Positions 1 through 7,794 of a stretch of 64,000 bases of DNA are shown here, one piece after another. Position numbers and translations under genes: made by a program. The notes under the pieces were generated by a model, which was not told the origin of the DNA, did not search any database, and saw nothing but the letters and a program-made list of their open reading frames with translations. The DNA comes from a virus. Taxonomy: Duplodnaviria > Caudoviricetes. The stretch spans positions 1 to 64,000 of the IMG/VR virus record IMGVR_UViG_3300005719_000009; one strand, written 5' to 3'. Position 1 is the first letter of the stretch. Each line of letters opens with the position of its first letter.

Positions 1-86
1 GTTTCAAGTCTTGTTATGAAATTTTCGATGGCTTATATTAAGCCGGATTTCCTCAAAAAGCCGGGCTGCATGGCTAACTAAGACCA

Positions 87-677
87 CTATTGCATAGGGG
101 GTGCCTTTATATTGAAGGTAAGGCTTATGAATGAAATATTATATATGAGTTCGTCGAAGTAGTCTGCCGACGCAGAGTGAATCGGGTTCAGATTCTTTGT
201 GTCGTCATCGACTATTATACCAGCCTCCTTCAGAACATCTTGTATGGTCTGCTGCTTATTTACTATATCTGTTACGTAACGATCCTTGAAGTACAACCTC
301 AGCGTTAAAGTAGATTTAGGTATCGGGAATGCAAGCCCTTTGTCTCCAAGCTTGCTCACCCACCATGCAGACTGCTCCTGTAGTATAGGCTTAACCTTAT
401 CAACAAACGCTTTGTAATCCTTATTTCCTATAACCTTCGAGTACACCATACCGATAGCCCTATGAACATCCGCCCACGTTGGCTGTCTACCTGATTTCTG
501 TTCTTCGTTTGCCCATTTACGTGCGTCTTTCCTTATAGCAACAGATTGATTATTGTTTTTTTTGCTCGGAATCTTGCCCGTTAACACGAATCTTATCGTA
601 GTTGATGCAGAGCCATACTTCTCTTCTTTCCACGGAGGCAGTGGAACCCCAAACCATGTCTGAAATCGTTTAGCCAT
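87..677 (-). CDS. rusA: RusA-like Holliday junction resolvase
   Basis: G.IPSKKN N-terminal motif and D-x2-N-x6-D-x-L-x3-GII-x-DD acidic cluster (DIVNKQQTIQDVLKEAGIIVDDD). Confidence 0.7.
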   Translation of the reverse strand: MAKRFQTWFGVPLPPWKEEKYGSASTTIRFVLTGKIPSKKNNNQSVAIRKDARKWANEEQKSGRQPTWADVHRAIGMVYSKVIGNKDYKAFVDKVKPILQEQSAWWVSKLGDKGLAFPIPKSTLTLRLYFKDRYVTDIVNKQQTIQDVLKEAGIIVDDDTKNLNPIHSASADYFDELIYNISFISLTFNIKAPPMQ

Positions 678-840
678 CCCCGTTTTTCCTCTTTCTTTTT
701 CGCTCCTTAACAGCGTTTTCTAACAAAATCGTCACCATTTCGGAAAAACTTCTTCGCTCACGGTCTGCCATGATCTCTATTTCTTCTATCAAAGAAACCC
801 TAACAGATGGGAATATTTGCTTTTTTGCCTCTTTAACCAT
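670..840 (-). CDS. Arc/MetJ-type ribbon-helix-helix protein, 56 aa (not in ORF track)
   Basis: Manual translation MVKEAKKQIFPSVRVSLIEEIEIMADRERRSFSEMVTILLENAVKERKRKRKNGDG; strand-helix-helix pattern; overlaps the rusA start. Confidence 0.7.
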   Translation of the reverse strand: MVKEAKKQIFPSVRVSLIEEIEIMADRERRSFSEMVTILLENAVKERKRKRKNGDG

Positions 841-845
841 ATAAA

Positions 846-890
846 TTACATATTTTACATAAATTTACATATTTTCATTGTTTCGACCAA
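846..890 (-). promoter_or_regulatory. Bacteroidota-type promoter with three TTACATA direct repeats (candidate operator)
   Basis: Minus strand TTGG-N19-TAaaTTTA (890-860); TTACATA at 846, 855 and 865. Confidence 0.5.
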
Positions 891-910
891 TTAAATAATG
901 AATTTGACAC

Positions 911-935
911 AAAAAAGCCCACATTTCTGTGGGCC
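911..935 (-). terminator. Intrinsic terminator after the Tad2-like gene
   Basis: GCCCAC-N6-GTGGGC stem followed by T6 on the minus strand. Confidence 0.7.
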
Positions 936-959
936 ATTCAGTGATGCCATCTGTTTGGG

Positions 960-1217
960 CTACTGAACTATCATCCAATCCTCAGCAAGCGAGTCTGAGC
1001 CACTTGGTGCCCATGTGGCCACGTCATTCTGAGCTGTTTTTAACGCCCAATATGCCCTGTATGGCACCATATCACCGAATTGATCCCTTGCGGCCTGTGT
1101 GACGGCGTTATACAGCCCAGCGGGTACGATATAAGCATACATTCCGGCTCCATTCCAGCCGATTCTGGCAATTTTGCCCCCGGCCTTAGCGTGTCTTATT
1201 GCTTCTCCAAAATCCAT
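960..1217 (-). CDS. tad2: DUF2829 / Tad2-like anti-defence nucleotide-signal sponge
   Basis: MDFGEAI..AK.G.KIAR.GWNG.GM ... ALKTAQN.VA.W.PS.SD.LAEDW signature. Confidence 0.8.
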   Translation of the reverse strand: MDFGEAIRHAKAGGKIARIGWNGAGMYAYIVPAGLYNAVTQAARDQFGDMVPYRAYWALKTAQNDVATWAPSGSDSLAEDWMIVQ

Positions 1218-1229
1218 TTTACGAAATTT

Positions 1230-1469
1230 TTACAGATTAAAGGTTAAATACTTGACAATAGCCATTTGCGCATGTAAAATGCACCTTATAGCGTCCCCTC
1301 TGAGGGTGTTTTGCAAATAAGGCTCTTTTGTTTCCCTTTGCAGATCGTTTACCATGTCTGCCAGTTTTGCGTTTATAGCTTTTGCTTCGTCTACATCAGG
1401 CCTTCCAGACGGATTAAAATTCAATCCTACCAGTTTTTCACCGAACGTTAGCTCTCTTTGTTCTTGCAT
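1230..1469 (-). CDS. Acb2/Tad1-like helical-hairpin protein (putative signal sponge)
   Basis: TFGEKLVGL.FNPS..P.V...K...A.L.D ... AI..I..AQM..VK..T pattern. Confidence 0.55.
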   Translation of the reverse strand: MQEQRELTFGEKLVGLNFNPSGRPDVDEAKAINAKLADMVNDLQRETKEPYLQNTLRGDAIRCILHAQMAIVKYLTFNL

Positions 1470-1644
1470 GTTTGTTTGATTTTATTTATTTGTGATTTTA
1501 CTGAACTAATTATCATTGGCATCATACAGCCATGTGGGCAGTACGGTGTGTGATTCAGCGGCTCATTACTGCTGTATTTTTTGTCTTTTTGCACTTTGGG
1601 CACTTGGCTGTAACTGTGATTAGTTGTTTTGACTTCTGTTTCAT
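1448..1644 (-). pseudogene. Zn-ribbon gene (CPKC...CPHGC) split by a -1 frameshift at AAAAAAT
   Basis: Frame 0 gives MKQKSKQLITVTAKCPKCKKTK then stops after 30 codons; the -1 frame continues KYSSNEPLNHTPYCPHGCMMPM. Confidence 0.45.
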
Positions 1645-1845
1645 CTACATTTCTTTTACTATCCCATTATCAATTAGCCAATTCTTGTAGCTACATAGGA
1701 AATAATCAAGGCTTATTATATGTTTGCCATTAGCACTGGTATACAAATAAACGCCATGCTCATTTGCTTCGCCGTAGCCTTCTTCTGATTTCAAGAAAGC
1801 AACCTCATTTTTTGTCATCTCTTTTAGTTGTTCTTCAGGAGTCAT
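1645..1845 (-). CDS. Hypothetical protein
   Basis: Tightly packed ORF overlapping its neighbours. Confidence 0.6.
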   Translation of the reverse strand: MTPEEQLKEMTKNEVAFLKSEEGYGEANEHGVYLYTSANGKHIISLDYFLCSYKNWLIDNGIVKEM

Positions 1846-2057
1846 TGCAGTTGATTTAAGAAGATTTTGTATAATTGTTCTGTTGTATCACACACATACT
1901 CCATATTACAGTCAACTGGCATCATCCATTCATTGTCAACCCTATAATACCCATTCGCTTGCACCCATTCTGCAAACGGCACAGCCATATTCATTGCATG
2001 TTGATCCATTGCGCCATGCATTGTTTCTCTGTAAACACTAAATAAGAAGTCTATCAT
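1842..2057 (-). CDS. Hypothetical protein with F..W...W...TTEQLY module
   Basis: Shares a C-terminal motif with 3041..3604 and 4626..5516. Confidence 0.65.
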   Translation of the reverse strand: MIDFLFSVYRETMHGAMDQHAMNMAVPFAEWVQANGYYRVDNEWMMPVDCNMEYVCDTTEQLYKIFLNQLQ

Positions 2058-2329
2058 TTATTAACTTTTGGGTTGCAAATTGGACATAGCAAGCGTGAAT
2101 TTTTCCTGTTTTTCAACTCCCTTTCTTGTGTTCGCGTATATCCGGGCCAGCAACGTGCGATAAAATAATCTATACCGGCACCATTAACTGCTTTTAGCAT
2201 CTTGCTACCAATCCCCTTTTTATGCTTTTCAAGGCGCTGCAAAACATCTTCGTCTTCTTCTACAAAGCCTATGTAATGATGGGCGTGTTTATATGGTTCG
2301 GATAAATGTATCAAGTATACCATAGTCAA
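2054..2329 (-). CDS. Small GIY-YIG nuclease-superfamily protein
   Basis: VYLIH...HYIG....V.QRL.KH..G.GS motif; C-terminal CPIC. Confidence 0.7.
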   Translation of the reverse strand: MTMVYLIHLSEPYKHAHHYIGFVEEDEDVLQRLEKHKKGIGSKMLKAVNGAGIDYFIARCWPGYTRTQERELKNRKNSRLLCPICNPKVNK

Positions 2330-2601
2330 AGTATTGCTTCTTTAATGTATACCCATCCGTTATTGCCAATGCCTACAGTGACTGGCTGCTCATCCAATAG
2401 CAACAAGAATTTCATCAGATTAGAAACCCCTTTAAACGGAACCACAAACCTACCGCCCCCTTGGCAACAACAGTCGATCGTCATCCCGTCAATGTGAATC
2501 TCTTCCTTTGCGGGGTATGTGTCAACTATATATTCCTCTTGGGCTTTAAGCTCTTTTAGCTTTTTCAAAAGATAGCCACTGCTTACTATTGCTTTTGTCA
2601 T
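2326..2601 (-). CDS. Single-domain homolog of DNA Pol III beta-clamp domain I (91 aa)
   Basis: IVSS.YLLK.L..L at the N-terminus and G...VP...L...L.EQP.T..I..N at the C-terminus resemble the Bacteroidota DnaN N-terminal domain. Confidence 0.5.
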   Translation of the reverse strand: MTKAIVSSGYLLKKLKELKAQEEYIVDTYPAKEEIHIDGMTIDCCCQGGGRFVVPFKGVSNLMKFLLLLDEQPVTVGIGNNGWVYIKEAIL

Positions 2602-2846
2602 TTACTTTCGGATTGTTGTTTAATGAATTGAGAGTATCGTTCTTCCATCCTGTCCTTTTCTACGCTTTCCGGGTCTGGGGTTTGCCGCAATGATTTAAGC
2701 CACGTCAACTTCCTTTGAGCGTAATCAATAGCAAATGCAATAGCTTGTTGTTTTGCGTATTCATCCATTGACTTTATTATAAATTCACGTGAATGGACAA
2801 TACTTCTCATGTCGCCGTTCTTTTGCAGCATTTCTTCTTTTGTCAT
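2598..2846 (-). CDS. Hypothetical protein
   Basis: Packed ORF with ATGA overlaps. Confidence 0.6.
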   Translation of the reverse strand: MTKEEMLQKNGDMRSIVHSREFIIKSMDEYAKQQAIAFAIDYAQRKLTWLKSLRQTPDPESVEKDRMEERYSQFIKQQSESK

Positions 2847-3034
2847 TTGCTTTTTGTTTTACCTATTTTCAATGAAACTTTCTTTCCGCACCTGAAGCAA
2901 TTGCATGAGGTTGGGCGCATATACTCCCACTCTAAATCATTGCCATAATTACAGTGAGGGCATTTAAAATATATTCTATATACCGTCCTTTCTTCTATAT
3001 CTTCCTCTTGTATTATTACTGCTTTAGTCGGCAT
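2843..3034 (-). CDS. Zn-ribbon protein
   Basis: CPHC-x16-CNCFRC. Confidence 0.6.
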   Translation of the reverse strand: MPTKAVIIQEEDIEERTVYRIYFKCPHCNYGNDLEWEYMRPTSCNCFRCGKKVSLKIGKTKSK

Positions 3035-3040
3035 TTGCTT

Positions 3041-3604
3041 TCATTTATTTGATTGTTGGTATAGTTGATAAAGTTGTTCTGTGGTGATACTATCTCCGGT
3101 TTCTGTATGAGTCCATTGATCTTCATCTGTTGCAGAATACATGCAATCTCCTTGTAATGTCCATTTCATGAAAGCCACCGCATCACTTTCCTTTGATGGT
3201 GATTCGTCGAGGTAGTAAACCGTAACATCTTTCTTTTGTGCTTCCTCTTTCCCTAATGTAGTTTTATTCAAAAATGTAATTAAAACAACCTCCCCTCCTA
3301 CCACTGACCCTACACCACGCATTACAATATTACCTAAATTCGATTCTACTTTCATGTTATAAATGCCATCTCTCATGCCAGTGAATGCCTTAACCCACAC
3401 TGCTCCTTCTGGCTTAAATTGCAATGATTCAAGCCACTGCCTGAACTTATACACAGCAGACGACGCGCTGCACTCCTTGCCGATATTTTCTTCGAACCAA
3501 TTTTGAACTGCATCATCGGCTGGTAGTGCGTAACTGCCTATGGGGTATTTGTTTTGCATTATCATGGTTTGATAAGTTCCAGTGAATATCCAAGATTTCC
3601 GCAT
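3041..3604 (-). CDS. Hypothetical modular protein with C-terminal TTEQLY module
   Basis: ORF; shared C-terminal module; true start possibly at the internal MIMQNK. Confidence 0.6.
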   Translation of the reverse strand: MRKSWIFTGTYQTMIMQNKYPIGSYALPADDAVQNWFEENIGKECSASSAVYKFRQWLESLQFKPEGAVWVKAFTGMRDGIYNMKVESNLGNIVMRGVGSVVGGEVVLITFLNKTTLGKEEAQKKDVTVYYLDESPSKESDAVAFMKWTLQGDCMYSATDEDQWTHTETGDSITTEQLYQLYQQSNK

Positions 3605-3804
3605 GGCGCTTTGCTAATAGCAGAGGCAAAAATATCGTCCATCAGAATGTAGAAGATAATTTTTGGCAATCCCTTCCATTTTGTCCCTTCTATGAATTGC
3701 TTAAAAAGTTCATGCTTCGGGATGCAAATATCTGATGGCTGAAAGTATTGCTCGATTTGCATTTCACTTTTTGCGCGTTCGATTAATTCAGGTGATAGTA
3801 CCAT
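3562..3804 (-). CDS. Hypothetical protein
   Basis: Co-directional ORF filling the gap. Confidence 0.5.
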   Translation of the reverse strand: MVLSPELIERAKSEMQIEQYFQPSDICIPKHELFKQFIEGTKWKGLPKIIFYILMDDIFASAISKAPCGNLGYSLELIKP

Positions 3805-3823
3805 TATTTATTGTTTGAGTGGG

Positions 3824-4078
3824 TTATACATTAATTTCTCTGAGTTGTTTTCGCGCCTCTCGCAATTGCTTAACTGCGCCTTCCAATGCTCTTGCTTTAT
3901 CAAATAGGCTTTTGATGTGTTTTTCATGTGGTTCTATGTAGTGCTTTCCAAGATTGCGCTTAAACCATTCTAAAAATTCTTTAGGCCCATAACCACAAAT
4001 TGCATCTAACGCCATTGCTTCTCCTTCCGTTAGTTCCAGATATATCTTAGATTCGAAGGTGGTTATTATCTTACTCAT
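3824..4078 (-). CDS. Hypothetical protein, paralog of 6255..6506
   Basis: Shared K.IT..E.K.YLELTEGEA.AL.AIC.Y.P..F.EWF...LGK.Y..P. Confidence 0.75.
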   Translation of the reverse strand: MSKIITTFESKIYLELTEGEAMALDAICGYGPKEFLEWFKRNLGKHYIEPHEKHIKSLFDKARALEGAVKQLREARKQLREINV

Positions 4079-4088
4079 TATCCATTGT

Positions 4089-4304
4089 TTAAATCGTTAG
4101 TGGGGAACAAAAAAGATGCTTCGTATTCTTCTTTGGTGGCGGGCAGTTTGCCTTCTGGTGCGGGTATTTATCAAGCCACTCGCATTTGCCCTTTACAAAC
4201 ATTGCCGTCCCTGTTATCGTGAGTATGTCACCCGTACAATGAGAACTCATTGGATATTGCGCAATTACTTTGTAGCGCGGTATTAGTAGTTCTTCTTTGG
4301 TCAT
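4089..4304 (-). CDS. Hypothetical protein
   Basis: MTKEELLIPRYKVIA.YP.S N-terminus; packed ORF. Confidence 0.55.
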   Translation of the reverse strand: MTKEELLIPRYKVIAQYPMSSHCTGDILTITGTAMFVKGKCEWLDKYPHQKANCPPPKKNTKHLFCSPLTI

Positions 4305-4645
4305 TGTTTATCCTCCTTTTTAATTTCATGCTGCTTTAATTTTTCAACCAGCTTTTGAAGGTTGTAAATCGGGCGGTGATAGGTAGCATTTGCCTTACCT
4401 CTTACATATTGTTCTTTCCATATTTGAACAGAATACCAATTAATATTAAACCAGTATTCCACATAATGGCATGAGCTATGCTTTGAAATATTGCACCGCC
4501 CGTAAATTGCAACCCCATTATTGGTATGGATATAAATATCAGACGCATGAGGGGTATGCCATTCGCCATCATCCATAGCAGTGTTAAGCAGGTCGGCGAC
4601 GTCCTCATCTGTCCACTTTTCAAATTCAATTACTTTTTCCGCCAT
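4301..4645 (-). CDS. Hypothetical protein
   Basis: Packed ORF. Confidence 0.6.
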   Translation of the reverse strand: MAEKVIEFEKWTDEDVADLLNTAMDDGEWHTPHASDIYIHTNNGVAIYGRCNISKHSSCHYVEYWFNINWYSVQIWKEQYVRGKANATYHRPIYNLQKLVEKLKQHEIKKEDKQ

Positions 4646-5516
4646 TTTTGTCTCCTTTTAGTTTAAAAAACACTTCATAAAACTCTTTCGTGGTAAACCG
4701 GAATTGATCGTTGATAGACTTGCCTTCCTCATAGAAATTCCAAAGGCGGTATTCATCATCAAAGTATGCAAGCTCCACAGCCCATTCAACAAAGTGGATC
4801 ATTTCGTCACTTATAATACTGGTATTGGCTTCCTCCTTCTCCCCTTCCCCTGCGGATAGGGCTTCGTTGGCTATCTCCTGCAAGTCTTCATGTATTCTGC
4901 CAGAGCCGCCACAGTTGCCGCAATTAACGGTAGGACCATCATAGGACGGAAGATGCGCGTTGCCATCAGCCCATAGCTTTGCGTTTCCCTCACAACGCAT
5001 GCAACACTCGCCTTCGTTTTCTGAAATTTGACGCAACGCTGCCTCCTGCCTATCACACTTAGCTTGTAGGGCTTTGTCGCTATCACTAAACGACATTAAT
5101 TCTTGCGGGAACTGAAGTCTTTGCATAGCCATCGGTATAAGCCATTCGAGGTTTGGAATATGAGCATATTCGTTAGCCAGCAACCTGTTGACTTCAATCT
5201 TTGCTATTTCCTCATCTTCTTTGGTCTCCACATACTCAAACTCATTCACTTTGCCTATTGCGCAAAAGAAGTATACTCGCCAATCTTCACCTTGTAACAC
5301 AATAAGGTCAACCCACTCGTTATGAAATATTCCAGTTTCTTCATGAAACTCCCTTCGCATAGCAGTTATAGGCAATTCGCCTTTTTCAATTTTACCACCT
5401 ACCCCGTTTAATTTCCCGGCCTGCCATTTGGGTTTATTTTTCCAAATCAGAACTACCTGCTCAAATGTGGAATCAAAATAGAATCCACACACGTAATTTG
5501 TTGTATTATTTTCCAT
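4626..5516 (-). CDS. Nudix hydrolase fused to a Zn-finger and a C-terminal TT-x-(E/Q)-x-Y module
   Basis: Nudix box GGKIEKGELPITAMRREFHEETGI; CMRCEG...CGNCGGSG. Confidence 0.85.
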   Translation of the reverse strand: MENNTTNYVCGFYFDSTFEQVVLIWKNKPKWQAGKLNGVGGKIEKGELPITAMRREFHEETGIFHNEWVDLIVLQGEDWRVYFFCAIGKVNEFEYVETKEDEEIAKIEVNRLLANEYAHIPNLEWLIPMAMQRLQFPQELMSFSDSDKALQAKCDRQEAALRQISENEGECCMRCEGNAKLWADGNAHLPSYDGPTVNCGNCGGSGRIHEDLQEIANEALSAGEGEKEEANTSIISDEMIHFVEWAVELAYFDDEYRLWNFYEEGKSINDQFRFTTKEFYEVFFKLKGDKNGGKSN

Positions 5517-6213
5517 CCAAAAATGTTTTTATTTCATTGATAAACTCCCATGACATAGTATCAGATTCGTGGCGGGAGATGAATTTTTCCAGTAGGGCGC
5601 GGGCGGCATCGAACTGCTTGCATCTTTCAAGAACCGTATCGGTGATACTTTGTCCTAAAGGAATACCCGCTTCTTTAGATTGCCCGTACTCTAAAATCGG
5701 GTTAAGCAATTCGGTGGCTTCACTTTTCCACTGCTTCAGTTCCTTTATCTCCTGCTCTGCCTGATGCAGCTTAGCGTCCTTGCCCCTTAATGCTGTGCTT
5801 AAATTCTTTATCTCGTCAATATTAATCTTGTTGTCTTCTTGTTCCATGTGCAGCTTAGTGGCGTATTCGGTGGCACCGGCTTGCCAGTCATTTGCCGCAT
5901 CTTCTTTAGCTCCGTCTCTTCTGTCAGTTGACCATGTGGAAGGCCATTGCAGTTTTTTTGCGTATTCTTTTGATTGCTGAATTATAATATCAAGCGCCTC
6001 AGCCGGTAATTGTGTGTTATTGCTCATTGGCTTTTCAGTGCCTTGCTTCGCCTGCTCTTCGGCTAACCTTTCTGCCCATGTTTTTCTTTTAGTCACTGGA
6101 ATATCCGGGTTTATTTCCCCGCGTTCCAAACCGCAGGTATGCTCCAGCGCGATTCTTGTTTTTACTCCATGTTCCTGTGTTGAACAAGCGGGGCAATATG
6201 CTATTCTGCTCAT
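5506..6213 (-). CDS. Hypothetical coiled-coil protein with N-terminal CxxC..HGVKTR..EHTC motif
   Basis: Motif shared with 12591..12806. Confidence 0.65.
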   Translation of the reverse strand: MSRIAYCPACSTQEHGVKTRIALEHTCGLERGEINPDIPVTKRKTWAERLAEEQAKQGTEKPMSNNTQLPAEALDIIIQQSKEYAKKLQWPSTWSTDRRDGAKEDAANDWQAGATEYATKLHMEQEDNKINIDEIKNLSTALRGKDAKLHQAEQEIKELKQWKSEATELLNPILEYGQSKEAGIPLGQSITDTVLERCKQFDAARALLEKFISRHESDTMSWEFINEIKTFLDGK

Positions 6214-6254
6214 CGTTAAAAATGTTTGTGTTGGGAGATGATTTCGACTTATAC

Positions 6255-6506
6255 CTAAATATCTCTGATGGCGTTCCGGGCTTCGTCTATTTTTCTAATC
6301 GCATGCTTAAGTTCACGAGCCTTATTAAATAAGGTTGGTATGCTTGATTCAAAAGGCTGCAAATATGCTTTGCCAAGTTTAGCATAGAACCATTCCGTGA
6401 AAGGTCTGGGGTTGTATGCGCATATTGCAGCCAATGCCCTGGCTTCCCCTTCTGTAAGTTCAAGATATACCTTAGCCTCTACTGTTGTAATTACTTTACT
6501 GCTCAT
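6255..6506 (-). CDS. Hypothetical protein, paralog of 3824..4078
   Basis: Direct protein similarity. Confidence 0.75.
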   Translation of the reverse strand: MSSKVITTVEAKVYLELTEGEARALAAICAYNPRPFTEWFYAKLGKAYLQPFESSIPTLFNKARELKHAIRKIDEARNAIRDI

Positions 6507-6789
6507 TGGTTACCTCCTTGTATTTAGTAAGGGCAGCAGTAATTGCATTATCAACAACTGGCTCTATAGGTGCATGCATTTGAATCCATTTAAGCGTATT
6601 GGCTAAGTCCTCTGCCTTACCCGCCCATTCGGTAGCGCCGTCAATACTGCCCTCTTCGTAACCATCCAAGAAGGCTATGTAGTTGGTTGAACGAGGCGCG
6701 AACTGAGTCTTAATTTCCCTACCCTTTGCTTCTGTTTTTACTTCGGCGTCTTTTACTATCTTATCAATAGTTTCCTGTGGTAGTATCAT
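6496..6789 (-). CDS. Hypothetical protein
   Basis: Packed ORF. Confidence 0.6.
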   Translation of the reverse strand: MILPQETIDKIVKDAEVKTEAKGREIKTQFAPRSTNYIAFLDGYEEGSIDGATEWAGKAEDLANTLKWIQMHAPIEPVVDNAITAALTKYKEVTNEQ

Positions 6790-7165
6790 TGGTGGTGGTT
6801 GATTGTTTATTGTATTCTGGATTCAGCTCAACTTCATTCGTCAAAACCATTACCATATGAAGTAGGTCAAACATTGCCTTTGTCATGTTATCTGTATTTG
6901 GGTCTACAGGGTAAGCTAATATTTCAGTAGCTATGGCTAAACTCCTGCATTCCCTTTTATATTTATGGTTGTAGACCCTTGACACGCCTTTTATTGGCAT
7001 CCATTGTTTGCCTATAATATTATTTGTGCCACCTGAATAATCGCCTTCAAGTTCTAACTCATTTTCACTAATCCCCACAATTTTAAGCGGCTCTTTATGA
7101 TCATAGATATCCCTATGGTAAACAGTTTGCCCGAGTTTAAATTCAGCTTTATTGTTTAGTATCAT
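6764..7165 (-). CDS. Hypothetical protein
   Basis: Packed ORF; SH3-like N-terminus (EFKLGQTVY). Confidence 0.6.
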   Translation of the reverse strand: MILNNKAEFKLGQTVYHRDIYDHKEPLKIVGISENELELEGDYSGGTNNIIGKQWMPIKGVSRVYNHKYKRECRSLAIATEILAYPVDPNTDNMTKAMFDLLHMVMVLTNEVELNPEYNKQSTTTNDTTTGNY

Positions 7166-7565
7166 TTGATTGTTGTTTATTGTGATACTCTGCTACTTCA
7201 TATACTGCCATATGAGCGGCTTCGATTAATGTTGGCGCAGTATGCAGGCTGAACCCACTAAAGCGAACCATGAGACGCTTACCATCTTCTGTGGGCATTC
7301 CGAAAGTTCTCGGGTAACATACATCTTGCGGGTCAGTGCAGAGTGTGTTGTCATTATCAATGAGGGGGAGTTTGGAAATCTTCTCAACCACCGGCATCAA
7401 CCAATCCCATGATGAATGGTACCGCAATGCATGTTTGCCAATTCCAATTAACCCAATACCATCGGCGGGTAATATAAATTTCACATTCCCATTGCCGTCG
7501 ATCACTGCTCCCGTAAACAAGGCTATCGCCTCATTCATCTGTTCTATTGTAGGCTCATTGCTCAT
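7149..7565 (-). CDS. Hypothetical phage protein (YHSSWDWLMPVVEKI family)
   Basis: Motif recalled from Bacteroidota phages; function unknown. Confidence 0.65.
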   Translation of the reverse strand: MSNEPTIEQMNEAIALFTGAVIDGNGNVKFILPADGIGLIGIGKHALRYHSSWDWLMPVVEKISKLPLIDNDNTLCTDPQDVCYPRTFGMPTEDGKRLMVRFSGFSLHTAPTLIEAAHMAVYEVAEYHNKQQSNDTKQ

Positions 7566-7792
7566 TGTTGATATTTTGGTTCGTCGCCATCAACCCATCC
7601 TTTTGAAAGTTGATTTAATTCTGTTGAAGCTCCTGTGTATTCTTCATACCTTTCCCACTCCCCATTGCAATGGTAAACCACAAAAGCAATATCTTTCTTT
7701 ACAGATTTTATTCGGCCATTTTCTTTTTGCCCATACATTGGCGTATAATGCACGAAATCCCCAGCATTAAATGTATTCTCTAAATCTACCAT
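7562..7792 (-). CDS. Hypothetical protein (SH3-like)
   Basis: GDFVHYTP..G.KENGRIKS pattern. Confidence 0.6.
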   Translation of the reverse strand: MVDLENTFNAGDFVHYTPMYGQKENGRIKSVKKDIAFVVYHCNGEWERYEEYTGASTELNQLSKGWVDGDEPKYQQ

Positions 7793-7794
7793 AT

